Below, piece after piece: positions 18,490 through 27,674 of a stretch of DNA of 64,000 nt. The DNA is taken from sequence record NC_048047.1; one strand, given 5' to 3'. Numbering within the stretch: position 1 is the stretch's first letter; each line of letters opens with the position of its first letter. The notes beneath the pieces are model-generated. The model was not told the origin of the DNA, did no database searches, and saw nothing but the letters and a program-made list of their open reading frames with translations. The translations under genes were made by a program, and so were the position numbers.

Positions 18490-19095
18490 ATGGACCGTCG
18501 TTCATTCCTCGCCGCCGGCTTTGCCGCCGCCCTGGCGCCGGCGATCGCCCAGGCCTATCCGCTCACCGATCCAACCAAGCTGATCGACAGCTTCCTGATC
18601 GACCGCGTCACCAGCGGTGATCTGGCCTTCAAGCCCACGACGCCGGCCATGCTCTCGCTGGCCCGCAACATGACCAGCCGTCTGTTCATGCAGCCGGTCG
18701 ACACCACCTCCTACCGCCTCTCGGACTGGGGTGTGCGGCGCGGCCATTTCTTGCTGGTGGATCGTTTGTTCGACCCCTCCAAGGGTGGCGCCAAGAAGCT
18801 GATCCGCGACGTCTACGAGCTTAGCGAGGAACACCACCGTGATCCCACCGGGCGACGGTTCATGTCCGTCGCCGTGGGCAAGGATCGCGATGTGATCGCC
18901 CGTATGCAGTCGCGTGATCGCGCGCCGGGCGGCATCGTCACCACCACCCTGACCCGCACCCAGGCCAAGCAGAACGACTGGCGCATGGCCTATCTGCGCG
19001 CTGGCCGCCTGCGCCCGTCGGGCTACCTGCACACCAGCGACATCCTGCTGCTGGAGCCGACGGCGGCCTTCCCAAAGCTGACGCGTGTGGCATGA
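18490..19095 (+). CDS. Tat-signal exported protein (family member 1)
   Basis: MDRRSFLAAGFAAALAPAIAQA signal. Confidence 0.7.
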   Translation: MDRRSFLAAGFAAALAPAIAQAYPLTDPTKLIDSFLIDRVTSGDLAFKPTTPAMLSLARNMTSRLFMQPVDTTSYRLSDWGVRRGHFLLVDRLFDPSKGGAKKLIRDVYELSEEHHRDPTGRRFMSVAVGKDRDVIARMQSRDRAPGGIVTTTLTRTQAKQNDWRMAYLRAGRLRPSGYLHTSDILLLEPTAAFPKLTRVA

Positions 19096-19403
19096 TCCCG
19101 CTCCCGATCGTCCAGGATACGCATGAGACCAAGACCTACTTCGTCGTCCACGCCCAGGCCCGGTCGACCAAGAGCGGCGCTGTCTGGCCGATCTATCTGG
19201 CCGGCGACCGCGCGTTGCGCGGCTGGGCGCAGTATCCCTACCACATGACCGGAGACCAACCGTTTCGGTTTAAGGCTGTGGAGGAGGCCTGGGCCGCCGC
19301 CGCCAAGGACACCGTCGGCTACAAGGTCGAGGGCGTCGTGGTCACCGAGCACATCGTGGAAACCCGCACCACCCACAAAACGATCGATCACCGATGCACC
19401 TAG
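19092..19403 (+). CDS. hypothetical protein
   Basis: ATGA coupling. Confidence 0.7.
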   Translation: MIPLPIVQDTHETKTYFVVHAQARSTKSGAVWPIYLAGDRALRGWAQYPYHMTGDQPFRFKAVEEAWAAAAKDTVGYKVEGVVVTEHIVETRTTHKTIDHRCT

Positions 19404-19648
19404 ATGTAAAACCCGAACTCTGCCTCATGGGCGAGGATGTGGAACGCGACCTCGACGTCCACGGCGGCTTCGACTGGATGGTGCTGTCCTATGCCCAGAC
19501 CATCTTCTCCCATCCCGTCTTCGTCGAGCGTTTCGACACCGAGGAGATGGCGATCTTCGCTGGCCGTCAGCGGCTCGAAGAGGGCTATCGCCATGTCGAC
19601 GTCGTCAAGCAAGTCGCCTATTCCTGCATGCCCTGGATCGAGGACTGA
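19394..19648 (+). CDS. hypothetical protein
   Basis: overlapping ORF in operon. Confidence 0.6.
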   Translation: MHLDVKPELCLMGEDVERDLDVHGGFDWMVLSYAQTIFSHPVFVERFDTEEMAIFAGRQRLEEGYRHVDVVKQVAYSCMPWIED

Positions 19649-19651
19649 CCC

Positions 19652-20404
19652 ATGAACCTCACTCGTCGCGCCATTCTCGCCTCCGCTGGCATCGCCGGCG
19701 CCTTCTTTGTCATGCCGGCCATCGCCAAGGCGCCGATCAGCGAGCGCGTTGAAAAGTGGCTGGCCCAGATGGTCTATGGCGGCAACTTCTCGGTGCATGT
19801 CCAGGCGGTCGATCCCGAAGTGCTGGAAGCCTTGCGCGCTGGCGCGCTCGCCGAGCAGCATGACGCCTGGGTCCCGGACAGCCCCTCCAACGTCGTCACC
19901 ATCTCCCGCCGCGACATGGTCCGCCTGACGCCGCGCGGCGTCGAGATGGGGCAGGTGTTCCTGGCCGCCCGCCTGGGCCGGCATGCACGCTTCCTGATGG
20001 CCCAGGCGATCGACTCCAAGCCCGCCAAACAAGGCTACGCCTACAAGGTCCTGCGCGGCAGCGAGGCTGAGAACGCCAACTTCAAGCGCGTGTTCGGCAA
20101 GCCATATTCCAACGGCGCCCTGCCGCGCACGGTGTTGACGCAAGAGCAGGCGGCCAGGGGCGACTGGCGCATGGTCCTGCTGCGCGAGGCCTATCTGCGG
20201 CCCGCCGCCGCCGGTTCGACCCTCATCGCCCTGGAGCGCACGCCGGCAGGCGAGGACTGGTATCAGGCTTGCCTGATCGACCAGCAATACGATCGAGTCG
20301 AGGCGCGCCTGAAGAAGATGGGCATCAAACCCGTCTTCGACATGAACAGGGCCGAGGCCTTCGCGGTCAACTTTGGTCGCGGCAAGATCGTGGCCGCCGG
20401 ATGA
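19652..20404 (+). CDS. Tat-signal exported protein (family member 2)
   Basis: MNLTRRAILASAGIAGAFFVMPAIAKA signal; DWRMVLLREAYLRP. Confidence 0.7.
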   Translation: MNLTRRAILASAGIAGAFFVMPAIAKAPISERVEKWLAQMVYGGNFSVHVQAVDPEVLEALRAGALAEQHDAWVPDSPSNVVTISRRDMVRLTPRGVEMGQVFLAARLGRHARFLMAQAIDSKPAKQGYAYKVLRGSEAENANFKRVFGKPYSNGALPRTVLTQEQAARGDWRMVLLREAYLRPAAAGSTLIALERTPAGEDWYQACLIDQQYDRVEARLKKMGIKPVFDMNRAEAFAVNFGRGKIVAAG

Positions 20405-20724
20405 TCGATCGTCGCACCCTCCTGGCAGGCCTCTTCACCGCGCCCGTCGCCCTGCCGGCCATCGCCCAGGCCCTACCTGTCGATCCTAATCCTGGTCCGG
20501 GCAAGATGCTCCTGGGCATCGATCCGGGCGCCCCTGGCGGCGGCACGGCGGTGTGGATGATGCGTGACCCGCGCGGATATCTGGTCACCTGCTACAAGTC
20601 CCAAGGCGGGACCTGGGACGACGCCGTCTATCTGTCGACCGACGGTCTCAATCAAGCCAAGTTGCTGCCCGGCGAGAGCCTGATCCTGCGTGGCGATGGC
20701 GTCATGGAGCATCTGCGTCGATGA
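20401..20724 (+). CDS. Tat-signal exported protein
   Basis: MIDRRTLLAGLFTAPVALPAIAQA signal. Confidence 0.65.
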   Translation: MIDRRTLLAGLFTAPVALPAIAQALPVDPNPGPGKMLLGIDPGAPGGGTAVWMMRDPRGYLVTCYKSQGGTWDDAVYLSTDGLNQAKLLPGESLILRGDGVMEHLRR

Positions 20725-21125
20725 CCGATCAGTTCACCGTCGAGGAGATCGACCGCTTCCGCCAGTGGTACAACCACATGGAGGACAGCAACCTGGAATT
20801 CGTCGAGCCCGAGGACGCCAAGTTGGCGATCAAGGTCCATGACCTTGTCGGCCGCCGGGTCAGCAGCCGCACGCGTGATATCGCCACGCCGCAAAAGCAC
20901 TTCCTGCTCTCCTTCGACGAGGAGGACATGAGCGCCCAGGACTCGGTGTCGTCGACCCTGACGCTCGTCAACGTCCTGATGCGGCGCGGCGTGGCCTTCG
21001 ACATCACCTCCGAAACCACCATCATGCTGGTCTGCGCCCCCGAGGTTCTGGAGAAGGTCATGCCCGACCTGCCCGGCTGGCGTCATGCGCCACTCTACGA
21101 GACGGAAGAGAGTCCTCGCCCGTGA
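20721..21125 (+). CDS. hypothetical protein
   Basis: ATGA coupling. Confidence 0.7.
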   Translation: MTDQFTVEEIDRFRQWYNHMEDSNLEFVEPEDAKLAIKVHDLVGRRVSSRTRDIATPQKHFLLSFDEEDMSAQDSVSSTLTLVNVLMRRGVAFDITSETTIMLVCAPEVLEKVMPDLPGWRHAPLYETEESPRP

Positions 21126-21340
21126 ATGTCACCATCTACCAAGCCAATCCCGCCACCGCACAGGCGTCGCTTTTGGTGATCTGCCTGACGCCGGCCAACA
21201 AGGACTTTCCGTTCGTCTATGAGACGCGCCCCACCTTGAAGGAGGCCGAAGAGTTCGCCTATGCCAGCCTGAGCCGAGGCTACCGCCGCGCCGACGTCTT
21301 CGAGCAGGTCCCCATCGTTTCCTATAGGATCGACGAATGA
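21122..21340 (+). CDS. hypothetical protein
   Basis: GTGA coupling. Confidence 0.6.
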   Translation: MNVTIYQANPATAQASLLVICLTPANKDFPFVYETRPTLKEAEEFAYASLSRGYRRADVFEQVPIVSYRIDE

Positions 21341-21675
21341 GCGCGCCTCAGCCGCCCGGCGATCTCGTAGGCGCCGGCGACGCCGTCTGGGATTGGGCCG
21401 ATCGCCTCTCCACCTACACCCAGGACCTACACCGCAGTCGTGAGCTTTGGCAGCAGATCGTCCGGGGCGACATGTTCTGTGGCTCTTGCCGGCTGTGGAT
21501 GACCAAGTCCTGTCCCCGCGAACACAATGACGGCCTCTCGGGCTACAGCCGAGGCCCTTCCAGCGAAGCCTTGAAATGCAGCCAGTACCAGATCACCCAT
21601 TCGTCGGCGAAACTCTTGGAGGACCGCAAGACGGAGTACCAGCAAGTGGCTGGGCGCCTTCGCAGCGCTGGGTAG
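21337..21675 (+). CDS. Cys-rich hypothetical protein
   Basis: CGSCRLWMTKSCPRE...KC. Confidence 0.65.
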   Translation: MSAPQPPGDLVGAGDAVWDWADRLSTYTQDLHRSRELWQQIVRGDMFCGSCRLWMTKSCPREHNDGLSGYSRGPSSEALKCSQYQITHSSAKLLEDRKTEYQQVAGRLRSAG

Positions 21676-22049
21676 ACTGGTCGTTCGAGGACGGCCTTCG
21701 CCAGCAGGAGGCTCGCCGCGAGAAGTGGTTCCAAAAGCTCCTGATCAATGCCTCCTGGGAGGCCTTGGCCAAGATCGCCTGTCCCGATGAGGGGCTGCGC
21801 GGCATCGTCTATGAAGGCCAACTCTTGTGGTGGAGCCCGTGGTTGGCCACCCACGGCGACGCCATGCACTGGCTGAACAAGCGTGGCTTCGAAGGCCGTG
21901 ACGCCTGCATCGAGATGCACTTCGACGAGGCTGGCAAGCTCTACCTGACGGCCTGGGACCAGTCATCCTATGACGAGGCCCTGGCCCATCCGTCCCTGAA
22001 CGGTAAAGACTGCAAGCCCTTCAGGCTGCGACGAGGCCTGCCGCACTGA
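21576..22049 (+). CDS. hypothetical protein (start uncertain)
   Basis: fills the gap with phage-like codons; N-terminal part overlaps the previous gene. Confidence 0.5.
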   Translation: MQPVPDHPFVGETLGGPQDGVPASGWAPSQRWVDWSFEDGLRQQEARREKWFQKLLINASWEALAKIACPDEGLRGIVYEGQLLWWSPWLATHGDAMHWLNKRGFEGRDACIEMHFDEAGKLYLTAWDQSSYDEALAHPSLNGKDCKPFRLRRGLPH

Positions 22050-22056
22050 GGCCGGC

Positions 22057-22084
22057 TTGACGCACCCTAAGCACCGTGCGAGAA
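22057..22084 (+). promoter_or_regulatory. sigma70-type promoter
   Basis: TTGACG-N15-GCGAGAA immediately before the RNA ligase gene. Confidence 0.6.
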
Positions 22085-22094
22085 AGCCGTTGCC

Positions 22095-23174
22095 ATGACC
22101 CGACCTGTCGACACCAACGCCAAGCTCCTCACCCGCGACCAGTTCCGCGAGGGCGTCTTCGCCCGCGATGGGCATGCCTGCGTCTTTTGCCAGCGCAAGG
22201 CCGAGGAGACGAACGAAGGCAAGCTCGACGCCCACCACATCTTGGAGCGCCGACTGTTCCAGGCGCCGCACGAGAAGGGCGGCTATTTCCTGGGCAACGG
22301 CGCCACGGTCTGCGAGCACCATCACCGCCTATGCGAGTCGACCCAAATCTCCACCGACGAGGTCTATGCCGCCTGCGGGCTGACCAAGCGTGTCCTGCCC
22401 GACCACCTCTACAGCGACTTCGACTACGACAAGTGGGGCAACATCGTCCTGCCCACCGGCGAGCGCCTGAAGGGCGAACTGTTCGGTGATGAGTCGGTTC
22501 AGAAGATCATGGCCGAGGCCTCGCCGCTGCCGGTCTTCAAGCACTACGTCAAGTACCCTCGCACCAACCACCTGCCTTGGTCGCCCGGCCTCAACGATGA
22601 CGACCGGGTGCTCAAGGACATGCTGTCGTTCGTCGGCGAGCGCGTGATCGTAACCACCAAGATGGACGGCGAGCAGACCAACATGTACCGGGATCACTTC
22701 CACGCCCGATCGGTCGAGAGCGCCCACCACGAGAGCCAGGGCTGGGCCAAGAACTTCTGGTCGCAGATTTGCGGCGACATTCCCGAGGAATGGCGCGTCT
22801 GCGGCGAGAACCTCTACGCCAAGCACTCGATCGCCTATGACAACCTGCCCACCTACTTCATGGGCTTTGGCATCTGGACCGACCTCAATGTCTGCCTGTC
22901 GTGGGACGACACCCTGGAATGGTTCGAGCTTCTGGGCGTCACGCCCGTGCCGGTGATCTACGACGGCGTCTATGACGAAAAGCTGATCCGGGAACTCTAC
23001 GACGAGAAGACCTGGGACACCTGTGAGGGCTATGTCATGCGCGTGGCGCGGTCGTTCTCCTATGGCGAGTTCCGCTCCTGCGTGGGCAAGTTCGTCCGCG
23101 CCGGCCACGTCCAGACCACCAAGCACTGGAAGCACGGCCAGCGGGTCGAGAAGAACGGTCTCGTGCCCGCATGA
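22095..23174 (+). CDS. HNH endonuclease-RNA ligase fusion
   Basis: FARDGHACVFC...DAHHI...NGATVCEHHH (HNH); KYPRT, TTKMDGE (KxDG), GEN, EGYVMR, KFVR (nucleotidyltransferase). Confidence 0.8.
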   Translation: MTRPVDTNAKLLTRDQFREGVFARDGHACVFCQRKAEETNEGKLDAHHILERRLFQAPHEKGGYFLGNGATVCEHHHRLCESTQISTDEVYAACGLTKRVLPDHLYSDFDYDKWGNIVLPTGERLKGELFGDESVQKIMAEASPLPVFKHYVKYPRTNHLPWSPGLNDDDRVLKDMLSFVGERVIVTTKMDGEQTNMYRDHFHARSVESAHHESQGWAKNFWSQICGDIPEEWRVCGENLYAKHSIAYDNLPTYFMGFGIWTDLNVCLSWDDTLEWFELLGVTPVPVIYDGVYDEKLIRELYDEKTWDTCEGYVMRVARSFSYGEFRSCVGKFVRAGHVQTTKHWKHGQRVEKNGLVPA

Positions 23175-23356
23175 CCGCCAACGGCAAGTTCATCGTCGTA
23201 CCCACTGCCTCCGGCTATGCAGTGCGGCACCTTTCGCATCTGGGCGAGTCTAATACGATCGCCTTTTACGGCTATGGTGATTACCCCACCAACGAGGCGG
23301 CCAGAAACCTCATAGCCGAACTCAACGCGGCGCTGGAGCGCCGGCTTCTCGCGTGA
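23171..23356 (+). CDS. hypothetical protein
   Basis: ATGA coupling. Confidence 0.55.
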   Translation: MTANGKFIVVPTASGYAVRHLSHLGESNTIAFYGYGDYPTNEAARNLIAELNAALERRLLA

Positions 23357-23634
23357 AGCCGCCAAAGCCGCAGGACTTTGAGTCGCGCCACGCCCGCAAG
23401 GCCGCCGCCATCCAGGCCCGCAAGGATCGGCAGGCGGCCTTCAAGGCCAAGCGCGACGCCGACGGTTTCAAGCGATATGATATCGCCAAGGCTCGCGCCC
23501 TCTATCTGGAGGGCCTGTCTCAATCCGAGGTCGCCCGCCGCGTCGGCGTCCACTTCATGACCATCCACCACATGGTCCATCGCGACTTTCCCGAGATCGT
23601 CGCCGAACGCGCCCGCCTGCGAAAGAAGGCTTGA
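23353..23634 (+). CDS. HTH DNA-binding protein
   Basis: ARALYLEGLSQSEVARRVGVHFMTIHHMV. Confidence 0.7.
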   Translation: MKPPKPQDFESRHARKAAAIQARKDRQAAFKAKRDADGFKRYDIAKARALYLEGLSQSEVARRVGVHFMTIHHMVHRDFPEIVAERARLRKKA

Positions 23635-23669
23635 CCTTGCTCCGACATCGTGCGAGAACCCTGTTGACA
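23631..23669 (+). promoter_or_regulatory. promoter plus adjacent second -35 box
   Basis: TTGACC-N15-GCGAGAA followed by TTGACA at 23664. Confidence 0.55.
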
Positions 23670-23699
23670 CGCCGACAGGCGCCAACGGAGGGCAAGACC

Positions 23700-23873
23700 A
23701 TGAAGACCGCAGACCTGGGCCAAGGCTGGTACGCCAACGCCAATGACGACGGCAGCTTCACGATCCGCAACCCCGACAAGGGCCAGCGCATCAACCTGAC
23801 GGGCGAGGAAGCCGAGCGCTTCGTGGCCCTCTACCGCGCCGCCGAGGCCGAGGTCGCCGTCAAGGCGGGCTGA
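23700..23873 (+). CDS. hypothetical protein
   Basis: GGAGGG RBS. Confidence 0.65.
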   Translation: MKTADLGQGWYANANDDGSFTIRNPDKGQRINLTGEEAERFVALYRAAEAEVAVKAG

Positions 23874-23877
23874 TCCC

Positions 23878-24318
23878 ATGAAGCTCGGCCCCAACGACAT
23901 GTTCGTCATCCGCGATATCATGGGCGGCGTCGCCGTGGCCTTCCGCACGGAAAGCGTCAGCGGCAACCAAAGCTGTAGCCTGGACATCGCCCGCTTCGCC
24001 TTCGCCACCTACCCGACGATCGGCGCGGCCCAAGACGCCGCCCAGGCCCTGCGCAACAAGCTCAACGAGGCCCTGGTCAGCGAACGGCTGGCCAGTCTCG
24101 TCCTGACGACGCCCAAGTGGGACCCCGACCTCGTCTACATCACGGGCGATCAGGTCGCCTATAAGGGCGAAGTCTTCGAATACTGCTCGGCCGAGCCCAC
24201 CCGACCGGGGAGCGCGCGCCCGGACTGGTCCTCCCGCTGGGAGAACGTCAAGCACATCGGCCGGCTCAACCATCGCCGCGCTGAACTGGTGCGCCAAGCC
24301 GCCCAGGCGAAGGCCTGA
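23878..24318 (+). CDS. hypothetical protein with carbohydrate-binding-like motif
   Basis: WDPDLVYITGDQVAYKGEVF resembles CBM5/12-type WxxxxxYxxGDxVxYxG. Confidence 0.55.
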   Translation: MKLGPNDMFVIRDIMGGVAVAFRTESVSGNQSCSLDIARFAFATYPTIGAAQDAAQALRNKLNEALVSERLASLVLTTPKWDPDLVYITGDQVAYKGEVFEYCSAEPTRPGSARPDWSSRWENVKHIGRLNHRRAELVRQAAQAKA

Positions 24319-24395
24319 GATCGGTGTGCTAGAAAACAGTTGACAACGTCGTCTGCGCGCGGTCTATAGGCGCAAGACCTGAAGAGGAGTCCCGC

Positions 24396-24713
24396 TTGCG
24401 CTGGTTGAAAGAACTGTTCGTCCCGTCCTGCAAATGCGAGCGCCTCGGGCATCGCTGCCGCACCGAGTGGCGCGCAGGCTATGTCGAGCGGATCGAAGGC
24501 AATATCTGGAACAACTCCTACGTCGCCTTCTTCGTCCGTCAGGAACGCGTGGTCTGCACGCGCTGCAAGTTCGAAGTCAAGCCCTGGACGGTCGTCAAGC
24601 ACGAGGGCCTTAGCGGGTTTGGTACCTCCCGCGAAAACTGGGAGCAAACCCAGAATGGTGGCTATTGGACCGAGTGGGGTCACAAGCCTTTTTTGAAGGA
24701 ATCTGCGTCGTGA
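24396..24713 (+). CDS. hypothetical Zn-ribbon protein
   Basis: GAGGAG RBS; CERLGHRC, CTRC; TTGACA at 24340. Confidence 0.65.
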   Translation: MRWLKELFVPSCKCERLGHRCRTEWRAGYVERIEGNIWNNSYVAFFVRQERVVCTRCKFEVKPWTVVKHEGLSGFGTSRENWEQTQNGGYWTEWGHKPFLKESAS

Positions 24714-25228
24714 ACCACAACGAAATGGCCGTCCTCTATGTCAGCGACCGCTGCGATGACGATGGCGACACCTACATCTTCCTGACCTTCGACAACGAAG
24801 ACGAGGCCAACGCCCTGGAGCGCCGGCTGTCGTCGGCCATCGCGCGCACCCAGCGTGACGATGGCCTGTCGTACGAGGCCTATCGTCGCCGGCGCCTCGC
24901 CGCGCTCGTCGAGGTCGAACCGACCCTGGACAGCTTCTCGCCCTTCCACGAGATGAACCACCAGCGCATGTCGTTCCACGTCGATGTGGTCCCGCTGCGA
25001 CGGGCGCCACGCGAGCGCATGCAGGTCAGCGACCACCAGCCCTCGGCCATCGCCCAGGATACCGGCCGCGACGAGATCAAGTCGATGCAGCGCGCCGGCA
25101 TGGACGTCAAGCGCGGGCTGCTGGAACACGCCTACTTCCTCCTGCTGGCGGACATGCCCCGGCACGAGATCAACGACAGCGCCACCATGGCCGCCATCCG
25201 CGCGGTCATTGTCGACAAGGCCGCTTGA
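24710..25228 (+). CDS. hypothetical protein
   Basis: GTGA coupling, AAGGA RBS. Confidence 0.65.
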   Translation: MNHNEMAVLYVSDRCDDDGDTYIFLTFDNEDEANALERRLSSAIARTQRDDGLSYEAYRRRRLAALVEVEPTLDSFSPFHEMNHQRMSFHVDVVPLRRAPRERMQVSDHQPSAIAQDTGRDEIKSMQRAGMDVKRGLLEHAYFLLLADMPRHEINDSATMAAIRAVIVDKAA

Positions 25229-25262
25229 CACGGACTTGAAAGCATCAACTTAAGGTTTCACA

Positions 25263-25589
25263 ATGATCTTCTTCGATTCTGATCCGATCGCCAACCTGTC
25301 CTTGAACGTGCTGATGTGGTGGGCCGGCGTGGGCCTCTCCTACATGGTCCTGATGTGGATCGCCGTCATGCTCGACAACGCCATCTGCGCGACCTTCGGC
25401 TGGCGCCCTCATGTCGAGCGGCTGCTGTTCAAGAGCTTTGATCGCTTCGACCTGCCGCCTATGTGCGTGGTCGGCTTCTGGTTCATCGCCATCCCGTTCC
25501 AGGTGTTGTGGGCGGTCATCGGCTTGGTGCAGATGGCGCACAAGCCCAGGTCCGTCAAAAACGAGCGCCCCTATCAAGGCTGCGTCTGA
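25263..25589 (+). CDS. two-TM membrane protein
   Basis: two hydrophobic segments. Confidence 0.7.
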   Translation: MIFFDSDPIANLSLNVLMWWAGVGLSYMVLMWIAVMLDNAICATFGWRPHVERLLFKSFDRFDLPPMCVVGFWFIAIPFQVLWAVIGLVQMAHKPRSVKNERPYQGCV

Positions 25590-25592
25590 TCC

Positions 25593-25772
25593 ATGATCAC
25601 CGCGCAGGAAGAACGAGACGCCCGCGAGGAGGGCTGGCAGGCGGCCAAGGCTGGCAAGCGCAAGTCCTCCAATCCCCACTTTGGCAAGCGCGGGCGCGCC
25701 TGGGACCAAGGCTGGATCGCCGGCAAGGATGATAGCGAGACGCCGCAGCGGCCTGACCTCGACGAGGCGTGA
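25593..25772 (+). CDS. Rmf-like small protein (59 aa)
   Basis: AREEGWQAAKAGKRKSSNPH...RAWDQGWIAG; translated by hand. Confidence 0.55.
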   Translation: MITAQEERDAREEGWQAAKAGKRKSSNPHFGKRGRAWDQGWIAGKDDSETPQRPDLDEA

Positions 25773-25870
25773 CGATGTGAGATCGCGATGGTCTGAGGCC
25801 GTGACGAAGTGAGAGTTTGAAGTCGCGAGCGGGTCGCCGAAGGCGGCGCGTGATGCGTATAAGGAAGACC

Positions 25871-26152
25871 ATGGCCAAGCCTCCCTACCGGATCGCGATG
25901 ATCTACGACATCAACGGCGTGCTCTGGCACCGCTGTGAGAAGTTCGTCAAGATCGCCGGCGTGTCTGACTACTTCCCGCTGGAGATCGGCTGGAGTGGCG
26001 TGGGTGTGCGCCAGGATGCCGTGTTCTCCGAATACGAAGATGCCTTCCGCTACCTGAAGCGCTACATCGCCGCCAGCAATGGAAGCTACCAGCCCAAGGT
26101 CGTCGTCTACTTCGACGACAACGGCAATCCTATCCCTGAAGAGGACCTATGA
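25871..26152 (+). CDS. hypothetical protein
   Basis: AAGGAAG RBS. Confidence 0.65.
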   Translation: MAKPPYRIAMIYDINGVLWHRCEKFVKIAGVSDYFPLEIGWSGVGVRQDAVFSEYEDAFRYLKRYIAASNGSYQPKVVVYFDDNGNPIPEEDL

Positions 26153-26886
26153 CCCAGCCGCCCATCACGCCGCTCGACCGCGACATCGTCGATCTCTTCC
26201 AGGAAGAAGGCGCCGAAACGATCCTGGAGATCGTGCCGCTTCTCTTCGACATGGTCCTGTCGATCGCCCGCGCGCAAAAGCTCTCCTCCAAGGTCCAGCG
26301 CTTCGGCAACGTCAAGAACCCGTTCGCCGGCGAGGGCGTCAAGCCTAACTTTGAACTGCTGGAGGACGAGCTTGGCGACCTGCTGGCCATCGCCGGCATC
26401 CTGGGTTCGCGCGGCATCCTCAACAAGGAGCGCGTCGACGCCCGCGTCGCCTGGAAGACCGGGATGCTCACGACCCACGGCTCGATCGACTGGACCAAGC
26501 TCGATCTGCCCGAGAACCAGCCGCGCACCTTGAAGGACGCCACCGACGAGGACTTGGCCGGCCCGAACTTCGGCGGCTACGTCAACAAGGCGCCATACCA
26601 GGAAATGCGCCTGCGCCAAGCCATGACTGGCTCCAACGCGCCGACCGAGAAGGACTGGGTCGAGGCGCTGAAGGTTCTGAACGCCTTCCTGCGCCTGACG
26701 CCCGAGGAACTGGGCCACCGCCAGGAAATGGCTATGGTCCGTAAGGTTGGTGGTTCGGTGGCCCTGGACTTTGGCGACTACCGCCCGGAGTATCAGGGGA
26801 CTCTGAAGCACCGAGGCGCGGCGATCCTGGACATGCTGTTCGACCGCAACGTCGCCGATGCGCTGGGCCTGTCCGCCGACGCATGA
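26149..26886 (+). CDS. MazG-like NTP pyrophosphohydrolase with C-terminal extension
   Basis: FQEEGAE...SKVQRFG...LLEDELGDLLAI. Confidence 0.65.
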   Translation: MTQPPITPLDRDIVDLFQEEGAETILEIVPLLFDMVLSIARAQKLSSKVQRFGNVKNPFAGEGVKPNFELLEDELGDLLAIAGILGSRGILNKERVDARVAWKTGMLTTHGSIDWTKLDLPENQPRTLKDATDEDLAGPNFGGYVNKAPYQEMRLRQAMTGSNAPTEKDWVEALKVLNAFLRLTPEELGHRQEMAMVRKVGGSVALDFGDYRPEYQGTLKHRGAAILDMLFDRNVADALGLSADA

Positions 26887-27632
26887 AGTCGCCCAAGGCC
26901 GTCGAGGTGATCCTGGCCAAGCACGGCGCCAGGATCGCCGAGGTCGTCACCAAGTACATCACCGGCTTTGAGGGTGAGTCCGATCCGGCCGCCCTGGCGC
27001 GCCGCGTGCTCGACGCCCTGATCGCGGCCGACCCCTCGCCCAACTCGATCTATGTCGACCGCATGATCCTGTGGATGCAGCGCGGCGCCTGGGTCTATGC
27101 CGACGATCTGGAGCATGCCCTATGCGTGCTCGAAATCTACACCCGCCTCAAGCCTAGCCTGCCGCAGGCGCAGCGTGATGTCGGCCGCTTCGACTACTGG
27201 TGGCAGTTCGAGGATTTTGTCGGCAGTCTGCCGGGCGTCGACATCATGGCCTATATCCGGTCCAAGGACATCGCCGCCTACGAGCAGTCCCTGTTCGACG
27301 CCGGCGAGGCCTCGCTGTTCCTCGACACTGACGCGATGCGGATCGTCATCCCCCATACCCTGGCGACCAGCATCTATTTTGGCAAGGGCGCCAAGTGGTG
27401 TACGGCCATGGAAGGAAGCCGCCATTTCGAGGTCTATAACCGATCGGGCTACCTCTACATCGTCACCTTCAAGGACACCGGCGCGCGCTGGCAGCTTCAC
27501 CTGGAGACGAACTCATACTGCGATGAGCGCGACAGGCCTGTCTTCAACTACCATGAGGTCCTGGCGTTGATCGAGGCGCGGCGACAGACCTGGGTCAGGC
27601 TTGCGAGAAAACAGTTGACATCCTCCTATTAG
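26883..27632 (+). CDS. conserved phage protein (KWCT motif)
   Basis: ADPSPNSIYV, GKGAKWCTA, GYLYIV, WQLH. Confidence 0.7.
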   Translation: MKSPKAVEVILAKHGARIAEVVTKYITGFEGESDPAALARRVLDALIAADPSPNSIYVDRMILWMQRGAWVYADDLEHALCVLEIYTRLKPSLPQAQRDVGRFDYWWQFEDFVGSLPGVDIMAYIRSKDIAAYEQSLFDAGEASLFLDTDAMRIVIPHTLATSIYFGKGAKWCTAMEGSRHFEVYNRSGYLYIVTFKDTGARWQLHLETNSYCDERDRPVFNYHEVLALIEARRQTWVRLARKQLTSSY

Positions 27633-27674
27633 CGCGGGACAACGGCGCATCGCTGAAGAACCAAGGAGACGCCC

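Noticed and set aside
20500-20540. RuvC or terminase nuclease motif LLGIDPG in 20401..20724
   Set aside because: Only the first motif is present in a 107-aa protein with a Tat-like signal; the other catalytic residues are absent.
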